From Vicinamibacterales bacterium (lineage in GTDB: Bacteria > Acidobacteriota > Vicinamibacteria > Vicinamibacterales > UBA8438): DNA of 64,000 nt. Shown one piece after another: positions 55,454 through 64,000 of the stretch; the first letter of the stretch is position 1; the number at the start of each line of letters is the position of its first letter. A model generated the notes under the pieces. That model was not told the DNA's origin, searched no databases, and saw nothing but the letters and a program-made list of their open reading frames with translations. Location of the stretch: assembly GCA_963664545.2 (NCBI GenBank), contig OY761475.2:1663247-1727246 (forward strand), given 5' to 3'. The translations under genes and the position numbers were made by a program.

Positions 55454-55943
55454 GTCTGCCGACGGTGAAGCGGAGGCCGACCGATGCCCTTGGGGCAGCG
55501 CCGGATGCCTGACGAGGCGCAGGAGGGTAGCCCGAGCCGGTGCTGCGGCGCGGCCGGCGGGCGGCGCGCAGGGAGGTGCGCCAGTGGGTGCCGGCCTCGT
55601 GGGCGGGCGGCGCTCAACCGATCGGACTGGACAGCGCGACCGCGGCACTCCGTGCCGGTGCCATGTGGCGAGGACGACCGCGAGGTCCGCCGTGGCGATT
55701 CGGCCGCGCGTAGCGGCGGCCCCCATCGGGCGGTGGTCCGCGAGAGCCGGTGAGGCGGTGAGCGGCACACCGCTGCTGGAAGCCCCGCTGCATCCCGCTG
55801 GGGCACGTCAGGAAAGTTGGGGATTCGCGGCTGGGGCAAGGACTCGGCGGACCGGCGGATAGATGCCCGTGGGCGTCCCAGCGCGCGACTGGTCCAGCGC
55901 TTGACGCCGACGCCACACCGCTGGGGCCATCCCGCCGGCGCCG

Positions 55944-57127
55944 TCAACCGCCCGACCGGCCGTCGCCGCGTCCGCGGGCGAGGAGCTCCGACGCCGTCGC
56001 GCACTCGATGGCCCAGTCGCCGACCCGCCCGAGCCGCTCCGGGTCCGCGACCCCGGCCAGGGCGGCGGCCAGCCCCTCCGCCGCGGCCGCGTCGAACTTT
56101 CTGGCCGTCAGACGGCAGAGCAGCGCCCGCTCTTTGTCGCGCCTCCTGCTCGATGCCCTGGTCGACGCCCTGCGCCCGCCCCTGCTCGAGCCATTCACGC
56201 ACGTTCTCTTCCAGCATCGTCTAGGCCTCCTGCAACTCCGCCAGCGGCTCCCGTCCGTCCGCCGTCCGCCGGTCCGCCAACCGCAGCCCGTGGCGGAGCC
56301 ACTTCGCGAACGCCCGCGTCAAGTGGTCGTCCGGCGCCGCCCGCAGGGGGTCGATCAGCAGCTTCAGCGCCCCCGCCCAGACGCGCCGCGTCGCGCGTCT
56401 TCTCCAGGCCGACGAGCGCCGACACCCGGTTGTCCGGCGGCAGGTCCGCGTCGGACGTCCACGCCGCGTCCAGAAGATAGTATCGCCGCGACGGTTGGTA
56501 TGGTGCCAGCATCGCGCCCCCGCCGCAACCAGGTCTGCCATCTCGACCGGCGCCGTCCACGGCCGCCGGCCGTTGTAGAGGACGGCGGGCAGCACCGGCG
56601 GCAGGGCCCCCCCGTGCTCGCGGATCGCGCCGTCGGCGTCCAGCCGCTGGTAGAGCAGCGCCGTGTAGGTGAGCATGCGCACCGCCATCGCCGGGTCGAC
56701 GGTGGCCTGTAACTCGAGGAGCAGCACGAGGTAGAGCCAGTGCTCCTCGCCGAAGCGGATGCGCCACAGGAGGTCGCCGTGACGCTGCTGCAGATCTCTG
56801 CCCGCGTCGCGCAGCAGCGCGCGGGAGAGCGTGGACGAGCTGCGGCGGCTCCTTTCTGCTCGCTGGGCGGGCCGCGCAGTCGCGGCGCAACGGCGAGCTG
56901 GCGCGCGGCCCGCCTCGGCGGGAACGTCGTCGTCGGAGTGGACCTTCGGCCCTCCGGCCGCCTCGGGGAACCGCCGGGCCAGCCGCCGCACCAGCTCGGT
57001 GAGCTCGCGCCGGGTCTGGATGCCGACGCCGCGCATGCGGTTCACCTGGATGAGCGGGAACCGCGGCAGGTTGTGAACGGTGCGGATGCCCATCCGCTCG
57101 ATGGCGTTCATGGCGCGGGTGCTGAGC
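55944..57127 (-). pseudogene. Rpn/YhgA-like PD-(D/E)XK nuclease (with DUF4351 tail) behind an HhH module; multiply frameshifted and IS-disrupted
   Basis: Family blocks are spread over at least 3 frames: 'DLLWRIRFGEEHWLYLVLLLELQATVDPAMAVRMLTY...LPPVLPAVLYNG', 'APYQPSRRYYLLD', 'LTRAFAKWL', 'MLEENVREWLEQGRAQG' and 'LLCRLTARKFDAAAAEGL'. Upstream in-frame 'LSTRAMNAIERMGIRTVHNL...MRGVGIQTRRELTELV' is an RpoA-alphaCTD-like HhH. Confidence 0.6.
56920..57127. repeat. copy B (left part) of the diverged direct repeat
   Basis: Matches 51455-51665 of copy A. Interrupted by the IS4 element. Confidence 0.75.
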
Positions 57128-58528
57128 CCATAGGCGCTAACTTGTTTTCCTGACGTGGCTGGCGTATCCTGGCATGCGGAATGCATGACCGGAAGACCGG
57201 CCCGGTGGACGAGGACTGGGATGTGCTGCTGTCGTTCCTTCCGCCGGATTGGCGCGAACTGGCGCGGGACACCGGGGCGTTGAAGGGGCTGCGCAAGGAC
57301 AAGGCGGTCGACAACCTCCTGCGGACCCTCCTGCTGCACCTCGGCTGCGGACACTCGTTGCGGGAAACGGCGGTCCGGGCCCGACAGGCGCATCTGGCGA
57401 GCCTGTCCGACGTGGCGCTGTTGAAGCGGCTGAGGAAGTCCAAGGGTTGGCTGCACGCGCTGTGTGTCCGTCTGTTCGAGGAGCAGGGTCTGGCCGTCGT
57501 CCCCGGGGGCGCGTTCCAGGTGCGGGCGGTGGACGCGACGACGGTGAAGGAACCGGGTCCGAGCGGGTCGCTGTGGCGGCTGCACTACAGCGTGGGCCTG
57601 CCGTCGCTGACATGCGACTTCTTCAAGCTGACGGAGACCGAGGGACCCGGCACGGGGGAATCGTTGGCGCAGTTTCCGATCCGCGCCGGCGACCACGTGC
57701 TGGCCGACCGCGGCTATTCGACGGCCCGGGGGATTCGCCACGTGGTGGACGCGGGGGGGCGCCTGATTGTGCGTGTCAATACCGGGTCGCTGCCGCTGTG
57801 CACGGCGGCCGGTCGGCGGTTCGACCTGCTGGCCGCGGTCGGGTCGGTCACCCGTCCGGGCACCGTCCGGTCCTGGGCGACGACGGTGGAGGCCCCGGAC
57901 GAGCGGGGCGGCCCGGCGCGCGCCATTGCGGGCCGGGTCTGCGTGCTCCGCAAGTCCGCGGAAGCCATCCGCCTGGCGCACCGGAAAGCCCGCCGCGACG
58001 CCGCCCGCAAGGGCAACGAGGTGGAAGCGGCCACGCTGCGGTTCGCCGAGTACGTGATCGTCTTCACGACCTTCCCCGAGCCGCCCTTCTCCGCCGCGGA
58101 CGTGCTGGAGTGGTATCGCCTGCGCTGGCAGGTCGAGTTGGTGTTCAAGCGCTTCAAGTCGCTGGCCCAGTTGGGGCACGTGCCGAAGCGCGCGGACGAC
58201 AGCGCCAAGGCGTGGCTCTACGGGAAACTGTTCGTGGCGCTGCTGGTGGAGAAGCTGATCCACCACGCTCGCGCGATTTCCCCCTGGGGCTACGACGTAC
58301 CGGCGCCGTCGCCCCCGCAGCGCGTGGCGTGACTTCAAGTTCGTGCTCAACCAGGTCACGCGGGCCATCGAACCGCCGCTGCCGCTGGCGCGCATGCTCG
58401 CGGACTGGCGAACGATCTCCGGCGCGCTTGCCGAGCCGCCACGTCGCCGACAGCCCCAACTCTCCGCGTACTTCGGCTGGGTGGACCCGCTGGAGGACCG
58501 AGCGGCTCAAACAAGTTAGCGCCTATGG
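57128..58528 (+). mobile_element. IS4-family insertion sequence with 9-bp target-site duplication
   Basis: IRs are CCATAGGCGCTAACTTGTTT (57128-57147) and its reverse complement at 58509-58528. Direct repeat GTGCTGAGC at 57119-57127 and 58529-58537. The IR/TSD border is ambiguous by 2-3 nt. Confidence 0.85.
57181..58332 (+). CDS. IS4-family DDE transposase
   Basis: 383 aa. 'VRAVDATTVKEPG', 'HVLADRGYS' and 'YRLRWQVELVFKRFKS' (the Y-2-R-3-E-6-K region typical of IS4). Confidence 0.85.
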   Translation: MHDRKTGPVDEDWDVLLSFLPPDWRELARDTGALKGLRKDKAVDNLLRTLLLHLGCGHSLRETAVRARQAHLASLSDVALLKRLRKSKGWLHALCVRLFEEQGLAVVPGGAFQVRAVDATTVKEPGPSGSLWRLHYSVGLPSLTCDFFKLTETEGPGTGESLAQFPIRAGDHVLADRGYSTARGIRHVVDAGGRLIVRVNTGSLPLCTAAGRRFDLLAAVGSVTRPGTVRSWATTVEAPDERGGPARAIAGRVCVLRKSAEAIRLAHRKARRDAARKGNEVEAATLRFAEYVIVFTTFPEPPFSAADVLEWYRLRWQVELVFKRFKSLAQLGHVPKRADDSAKAWLYGKLFVALLVEKLIHHARAISPWGYDVPAPSPPQRVA

Positions 58529-59195
58529 GTGCTGAGCCCCCGTGGTCGCAAGCAGGGTGCGGCCACCGCCGTCCAAGGAGGGCGACCGTCAGACGCCCCC
58601 CCGCGGCCCCGTCGCGTCCATCTGCTTCGACCGTAGCGAGACCATCGGGGCGGAGCGCCGGCAGCACCGCGGCCGCGTGCGCCCGTGCGTCTGGGTGAAA
58701 GCGACGTCGGCCCCGTCGGCGCCCCGTGCCGACCCTGCCGCCGCTCGGCCTGCTCGCCCGCCCTCCTGCTACCGGGCCGGTGCCTACCGGTGCCGCCGGG
58801 AACCCGTAGGTGGGTCGGGCCGGAAGCGACACGTAGCTCTCCGGCCAGACAGCCCATCGCGGCTCCCCGGCCACTGGCGTCAGCCTCCCCTGCGTCCGCA
58901 CCCCACGTCTCCGCCCCCCCGCCTCTGCTGGCCTTCGCCGCCCCACCCCGGTATCATTCGACCAGAGCGCGACCAGCTTCCACCGTCTTCCGTCCGCACC
59001 GCCCAGACGGGGACCCGCCGCGCTCACCCGAACCGCAGCGCGACAACCGGGGGAACTGGCCATGGCAACTTCAACGGAAAGCGCGAACACCCTCGACGCG
59101 CTTGAACAGCGCATCCGCGACAACGCCGACAGCCACCAACCCGTCGAGACTCCACTCGCGACCAGCCAGCGCATCATCGCCCGCGTCACCGACGG
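58529..59195. repeat. copy B (right part) of the diverged direct repeat, running into the intact GHKL gene
   Basis: Matches about 51665-52225 of copy A, with a length difference in the middle. The strongest match runs from 'cctaccggtgccgccgggaacccgtaggtgggtcgggccggaagcg' onward. Confidence 0.75.
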
Positions 59196-60933
59196 AATCT
59201 ACCGCGAGCCCTGGGCGGCTTTCCGTGAACTGATCGCCAACGCCTACGACGCCGACGCAACCCACGTGACGATCGAGACCGGCCAACCCGATTTTCGCGA
59301 AGTGACGGTGCAGGACGACGGCATCGGCATGTCTCCCAGAACGCTCGCGTACGTCCTGACGAACATCGGCGGCAGCTCCAAGAGGACCGCCGCCGGAACC
59401 GCACTGAACACCGCGCGGGCCGACACACCCAATCTCAGCCCCGCCGGCCGCCCGCTGATCGGCAAAATCGGCATCGGCCTGTTTGCCGTCGCGCAGTTGA
59501 CCCAACACTTCCAGATCATCACGAAGGCCGCCGGTGAAAGCCACAGATTGTCCGCGACCGTACAGCTCCGCACTCACGACGAGACCAAAGCTCAGCAGCA
59601 TGACACCGAATACGTCGCGGGACTCGTCGAGATCGTGTCCCAAAGGGTTCCCGAGCACGAACAAGGCTCGCACGGTACGGCCGTGGTGCTCTACCAACTG
59701 CGCGATGAAGTGCGTCGCACGCTCCAGAGCGCCGAACTCTGGAAGGCGGCCTCCGTCGAAACTGACGGCGGTGAATCCGTTCAGAAGCCACCACAATTTC
59801 ACATTGGCCACTCCGCGAACGAGTTGGCTCCCCATCTTCCGTGGCAGGGCTCCGACAGTCCGACCGAACGGTTCCAACAGATCTTTGCCGCCACTCGAAA
59901 AGCAACCGGCGGAACCAAGTCCGCCGACCTGGACCACTTCGACGAGTATCTGCGCCTCATATGGAAACTAAGCTTGTCGCTCCCTCTGCGCTACATCGAC
60001 GGCCATCCTTTCGATCAAGATGCATCCAGCGGCCTTCATCTTCTGGAACTCCCGGAATCGGACCAAGCCCGAGAAATCAAGCTGTCTCCCCAGGAATCAC
60101 TGCGGAGCCATCTCGACCTCCGAACAGCGTGCGATACCGCCGAGATCCCGTTTTCTGTCACTCTAGACGGCGTAGAGCTCCGCCGTCCCATCCGCTTGAC
60201 AGATAAGCTCGAAAAGCCCTCCGGGGTCGGCAAGCCCGTCATGATCGCGGCGAAGCAGAACAACCCGTTTATTCCGGGTATTCTCGATCGTGCAGGCGGG
60301 CGTCTGTCGTTCGAAGCCTACCTTTACTGGAACAGCCGGATCATTCCGAAGGAAACCGTGGGAGTGCTCGTGCGTATCTGCGGGGCTAGCGGGACCCTCT
60401 TTGACCCCACCTTCTTGAACTACAAGGTCTCTGAACAAACACGCTTGCGCCAGATAACCGCCGAGATATTCGTCCATGAGGGGCTCGACAGCGCGATCAA
60501 TATCGATCGAGAGTCTTTCAACTACAGCCACCCCCACTTCTTGTTCATCCAGAAATGGCTACATAGGGCGCTTCGCCTCCTGGCCAACCGCCTGAAGAGC
60601 CTAGCCGCCCGCGATCTCGCGCGGGCCAAAGTGAAACTCCGCGGCGAGGCGCTGGCGTACGCGGTTCAAGTGTGGGCACGGCGCTTGGGTGCCGATGCCG
60701 ATCCGCCATATTCAGATCCACTTGGCGAGTCGTTGCCCGCCGCGGTCGGGGCCGCCGACGTCGATTGGCCCTCCAAGAAGATACTCGACAGTAACGGCAA
60801 ACCCGTGGGGACCGGCCGAATACGCGCGCTGGCCGCGATTTTAGAGGCGTACGGCGTCTTGTCACATCTCGCCGTCGAGGATCGATGCCGGCTCATCACC
60901 GATATAGTTCGTCTTCCCGGGACGAAATCATGA
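59062..60933 (+). CDS. GHKL-superfamily ATPase (Hsp90/MutL/MORC-like, HATPase_c_3-type) with a long uncharacterised C-terminal region
   Basis: N-box 'FRELIANAYDADATHV', G1 'VQDDGIGMS' and G2 'GKIGIGLFAVAQL', in Bergerat-fold order. The remaining about 400 aa have no motif I recognise. Confidence 0.8.
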   Translation: MATSTESANTLDALEQRIRDNADSHQPVETPLATSQRIIARVTDGIYREPWAAFRELIANAYDADATHVTIETGQPDFREVTVQDDGIGMSPRTLAYVLTNIGGSSKRTAAGTALNTARADTPNLSPAGRPLIGKIGIGLFAVAQLTQHFQIITKAAGESHRLSATVQLRTHDETKAQQHDTEYVAGLVEIVSQRVPEHEQGSHGTAVVLYQLRDEVRRTLQSAELWKAASVETDGGESVQKPPQFHIGHSANELAPHLPWQGSDSPTERFQQIFAATRKATGGTKSADLDHFDEYLRLIWKLSLSLPLRYIDGHPFDQDASSGLHLLELPESDQAREIKLSPQESLRSHLDLRTACDTAEIPFSVTLDGVELRRPIRLTDKLEKPSGVGKPVMIAAKQNNPFIPGILDRAGGRLSFEAYLYWNSRIIPKETVGVLVRICGASGTLFDPTFLNYKVSEQTRLRQITAEIFVHEGLDSAINIDRESFNYSHPHFLFIQKWLHRALRLLANRLKSLAARDLARAKVKLRGEALAYAVQVWARRLGADADPPYSDPLGESLPAAVGAADVDWPSKKILDSNGKPVGTGRIRALAAILEAYGVLSHLAVEDRCRLITDIVRLPGTKS

Positions 60934-61967
60934 CGATCGCCGACGACGTTCTGCCCGCCGAAATCGCGGATCCGGCGGTGCCTGTCCCGCTTGACCGATT
61001 GCTCCCGTGGCATCAACCCCGGAAGCAACTGGTGAGGGAGGAGCAGTGGCTCCGGCTTTCGCGACGACTTATCAAGGCGGAAAGCAGCCGGTTGGGGTCT
61101 TCCGCGCAAGGCGGCGAGCGACCGGAGATCCGGTACTTGACGCTGCCGGGGATCGACTACATCGATGTACGGCAGCTCGCCGACGTGTGTCGCGACTGGA
61201 ACTGCCGCTTGACCAGCATTGGTTTTCACGCGGGTGACGGACGAAATCCGCAGGTCGCGCGGGCGAAGTTGCGGGAAAAGTCACTGATCGACGCCGGTTG
61301 CATTACCCGTCACTCGCACACCTATGCTAGGCGGTTTGAGGACATCAGCGAGACCAGCAGCAATGCTTACCAAGATATCGAACAGCGGGGACCATTTCAT
61401 ATAGTAAATGTTGATGCGTGCGGATCGCTCGCTCCACCTACTGCGAAGCACGCCCGGCGGCTGGTCGAGGCGGTTTTTCGGGTCGTGGAGCTGCAGTTTC
61501 AAAAAACGACTGGCCGGTGGTTGCTATTTGTCACTACGGACGCCCGCCGGGAATCCGTGTCGGGAGAGACCTTGGAGAGGCTTTGTCAGACCATATTCAA
61601 GAATGCCGATGAAAACGCCGGCTTTCGCGGCGTGGCGGCTCGGCTTCTCGATCCGGGAGCGGTTGACGTCAGAGCGGCAGCGGAGAGCGCGACGGAGCAG
61701 ACCGGTCTCGCATTTCTGAAACTGTTTTCCCTAGGGCTGGCCAAGTGGCTACTGCATTTGGCGCAAGGAACGAAGCGAGAAATGCAGACACATAACTCCT
61801 ACTGTTACTCTACGACAGGTAAAGGTGACCGCAGGCCGTCGATGGCGTGCTTGGCCTTTGAGTTTCTTCCGCCGCCGCCCGGCCTTGAGGATCCCTTCGG
61901 GGTTTCCCGTGCTCGACCGACGCGGAATCCGCGGCCTGGAGCTCAGGGATCCCCTCATTTTCATTAG
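60930..61967 (+). CDS. hypothetical partner protein of the GHKL ATPase
   Basis: ATG 60930 overlaps the GHKL stop (ATGA). 'YLTLPGIDYIDV' and 'FHIVNVDACGS' loosely recall strands 1 and 4 of Rossmann-type methyltransferases, but there is no Gly-rich SAM loop. Family unknown. Confidence 0.5.
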   Translation: MTIADDVLPAEIADPAVPVPLDRLLPWHQPRKQLVREEQWLRLSRRLIKAESSRLGSSAQGGERPEIRYLTLPGIDYIDVRQLADVCRDWNCRLTSIGFHAGDGRNPQVARAKLREKSLIDAGCITRHSHTYARRFEDISETSSNAYQDIEQRGPFHIVNVDACGSLAPPTAKHARRLVEAVFRVVELQFQKTTGRWLLFVTTDARRESVSGETLERLCQTIFKNADENAGFRGVAARLLDPGAVDVRAAAESATEQTGLAFLKLFSLGLAKWLLHLAQGTKREMQTHNSYCYSTTGKGDRRPSMACLAFEFLPPPPGLEDPFGVSRARPTRNPRPGAQGSPHFH

Positions 61968-62057
61968 AAGTCAACAGAACGAGCCCTTTCCTTGACCGGA
62001 GATTTTTTCCCTGCAAGACGTTGCAAAATGTTGCCCGTCCGGGTACTATATTGACCC

Positions 62058-63242
62058 ATGCGCATGCATCAGAAACCGTCAAAGGCCGGTGCCCGACTGA
62101 TCGAGAGACGAGATCTCATGAACTTCATAACCACGTTGCACGACGGTGATTTGCATGCCAAACGCGTGCTATCGTTGGCCAATGCAACCTTGGGTGTGTT
62201 GGCGAGTGCCTCTCTCGCGATCCACGCTGTGGGACGTGGCTTGGCCCAAGCTATGGGCACGTTAACCAAGCACGGTGTGAAACAGGTGGACCGGCTCCTG
62301 AGCAATCAAGGCGTTGACGTCTGGACTTTCTTCGCCTGTTGGACGCCGTACATCGTTGGTGCTCGCGAGGAAGTGGTTGTCGCGCTGGATTGGACTAGCT
62401 TTGCCTCCGACGGGCAGGACACGATCGTGCTGTCGATGCTGACCGGCCATGGCCGCGCGACGCCCCTGCTGTGGAAGACCGTGGAGACATCGACTCTGAA
62501 GGGCAACCAGCGGCGCTACGAGTACGAAGTGCTGTCCCGGTTGCGGGAGGTACTGCCGGCTGGGGTGAGGGTTACGGTCGTCGCGGATCGGGGCTTTGGG
62601 GATTGCAAGCTGTTCTACCTGCTGACGGAGGAGCTGGCCTTCGAATACGTGATTCGGTTGCGCGGAGACATCTACGTAACGAATGCACGGGGCGACCAGC
62701 GGCTGGCGGCGGACTGGGTCGGCTCTCGGGGCCGTGCGCGCCGATTGGTGGGTGCCCGGGTGACCGATGCTCACGAATGGCCCGTGGGTGCCGTCGTGTG
62801 TGTACATGATCGGAAGATGGACGAACCGTGGTGCCTAGTGGCCAGCGACGCGAAGGTACCCACGCCGGTGTTGATCCGGTACTACGGCAAGCGCTGGGGC
62901 ATTGAAGCGGGCTTTCGGGACATCAAGGACATGCGCTTCGGGATGGGTCTGTCGTCGATGCGCGTTTCGAGCCCGGGTCGCCGAGACCGGCTATTGCTGA
63001 TCAGCGCGCTGGCCATCGCGGTGTTGTCGTTGCTAGGTGCAGCAGGCGAGCGCATCGGCTATGATCGCTGGCTGAGGGCGAACACAGTGAAGCGGCGCAC
63101 ACATTCTCTTTTTCGACAAGGTTTGATGCTGTATCACCATCTTCCCAATTGGTCCGACGACCGGGTTCGCCCATTGATGGAAACGTTCGGAAAGATGCTG
63201 CTGGAACACCGGGTATACCGAGAGGTCTTCGGCGTAATTTGA
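62058..63242 (+). CDS. IS4-family DDE transposase (element ends not identified)
   Basis: 'VVVALDWTSF', 'VTVVADRGFGD' and 'YGKRWGIEAGFRDIKD' are DDE/YREK blocks. I could not find convincing terminal IRs by eye. Confidence 0.8.
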   Translation: MRMHQKPSKAGARLIERRDLMNFITTLHDGDLHAKRVLSLANATLGVLASASLAIHAVGRGLAQAMGTLTKHGVKQVDRLLSNQGVDVWTFFACWTPYIVGAREEVVVALDWTSFASDGQDTIVLSMLTGHGRATPLLWKTVETSTLKGNQRRYEYEVLSRLREVLPAGVRVTVVADRGFGDCKLFYLLTEELAFEYVIRLRGDIYVTNARGDQRLAADWVGSRGRARRLVGARVTDAHEWPVGAVVCVHDRKMDEPWCLVASDAKVPTPVLIRYYGKRWGIEAGFRDIKDMRFGMGLSSMRVSSPGRRDRLLLISALAIAVLSLLGAAGERIGYDRWLRANTVKRRTHSLFRQGLMLYHHLPNWSDDRVRPLMETFGKMLLEHRVYREVFGVI

Positions 63243-63406
63243 CGTTGAAACGGAAAATGAGGGGATTCATGAGGGCCTGGAGATACCTCGCTCAGAGCGG
63301 CGGAGAAGGTACGCGACATGGCCGATGTCGATAAGCTCATGGCCGACGACCGCGAGCTTCGCAAGCGTATGACACGGGATCTGCGAGAGTGTCTCGAGGA
63401 GGCGGG

Positions 63407-64000
63407 CTATGAAGCTCGGGCGCTCGCGATGCTTGACGAGCTGGAGGCGTAGGCGGGCACGGAATCTTCTGCGGGAACGCTCAAGAGGGCAGAGCGTATG
63501 GAAACAGCTATCGCGTGGGCGAGCGGCGGCGGTACCGCTTGGCTCACCTGATCGATCTGCCCGGAGAGCGTTCCTTCGAGAACGTAGTCGTCCGGAAATC
63601 CCTGAAGCTGCATGGCCTCAAACACGCTTAGCCGTCGCCGGCCGTCGGGATGAACGTGCACTTCGCGGTGCCCGTAAGAAACGGTGATGCTGGGCTCGTC
63701 CCAGGCGAGCGTCTTGAAGCTACGTGCGGAAGAGTACCCCTCCTTCAGGGAGCCGTCGAAGAACCTGGACGACTTGGGGCTCATGCACCAGTGATTGGGG
63801 CGATGAGGAATGGCGTGCCGCTCAAGGCCGCGCGTGAAGTAGGCGGGCGGGGGTAGATCGCGGATTACCTCGCTTACGGTGCGTCGGCGGTCGGTGCCGA
63901 CGGGCTGCCGCCAATGTTGCGCCGCCAGAGTGTCTTTGCGGAAGGCCAACACGAAGAGGCGTTCGCGGCGTTGGGGTACGGAATGACGGACCGCGTCCGC
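63407..64000 (-). CDS. dcm: DNA (cytosine-5) methyltransferase, C-terminal part (gene continues past the window end)
   Basis: The open frame reaches 64000. 'VPQRRERLFVLAF' (motif VIII-like QRR.R), 'SVFEAMQLQGFPDDY' (motif IX) and 'QVSQAVPPPLAHAIA' (motif X variant). Confidence 0.75.
   Translation of the reverse strand, partial: ADAVRHSVPQRRERLFVLAFRKDTLAAQHWRQPVGTDRRRTVSEVIRDLPPPAYFTRGLERHAIPHRPNHWCMSPKSSRFFDGSLKEGYSSARSFKTLAWDEPSITVSYGHREVHVHPDGRRRLSVFEAMQLQGFPDDYVLEGTLSGQIDQVSQAVPPPLAHAIAVSIRSALLSVPAEDSVPAYASSSSSIASARAS

Noticed and set aside
56221-58395. 724-aa minus-strand ORF spanning the IS4 element.
   Set aside because: It is a composite. Its C-terminal part holds pieces of the Rpn pseudogene and the HhH module. 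Its N-terminal two-thirds is antisense to the IS4 transposase and is Arg/Gly-rich. It is not a single gene.
61968-63330. Terminal inverted repeats and target duplication for the second IS4-family element.
   Set aside because: By-eye comparison of 61968-62057 with the reverse complement of 63243-63330 gave only short, same-strand similarities. The element boundaries are therefore not reported.
63318-63452. 44-codon ORF 'MADVDKLMADDRELRKRMTRDLRECLEEAGYEARALAMLDELEA' with a GGAGAAGG RBS.
   Set aside because: It is too short and has no recognisable family. Its 3' end overlaps the dcm 3' end on the opposite strand. It is kept as a note only.

Overview
High-GC (about 70% by eye) bacterial chromosomal segment in two parts. 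All calls come from by-eye motif recognition; no searches or folding programs were run, and IS ends and some start codons are approximate.

(1) 1-37.2 kb is housekeeping, redox and catabolic. It holds a UPF0182 membrane protein, an amidohydrolase, a BON protein, an 8-heme cytochrome/TPR fusion, two VapBC pairs, a SorAB-like sulfite dehydrogenase and an ECF sigma/anti-sigma operon. It also holds transketolase, two PLP decarboxylases, a TRAP transporter and an aromatic-catabolism cluster ending in fumarylacetoacetase. Two genes that the ORF track misses or splits are best read as selenoproteins with an in-frame TGA: a SelW/Rdx-like gene at 9378-9614 and an OsmC-like gene at 20456-20926.

(2) 37.5-64 kb is a mosaic defence/mobile island:
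- A type I R-M pair (hsdM, hsdS) is split by a 3.5-kb nest carrying a DUF6932-like NTase plus XRE HTH, an orphan 2-TM protein and AbiEi/AbiEii. No hsdR is present.
- An IS66 fragment abuts an IS21 that carries an extra ORF. The IS21 truncates a PglX-like methyltransferase that is translationally coupled to a retropepsin-like protease.
- A lower-GC SIR2-STAND-TPR (Avs-like) gene is followed by a decayed Rpn-family nuclease and an IS4 element with a 9-bp target duplication.
- A GHKL (Hsp90/MORC-like) ATPase plus an unknown partner forms a pair I cannot assign to any named system. This is my best candidate for an undescribed system.
- The island ends with a second IS4-family transposase and a partial dcm.

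A roughly 0.7-kb diverged direct repeat brackets the SIR2-STAND block. I recognised no rRNA, tRNA or CRISPR array.
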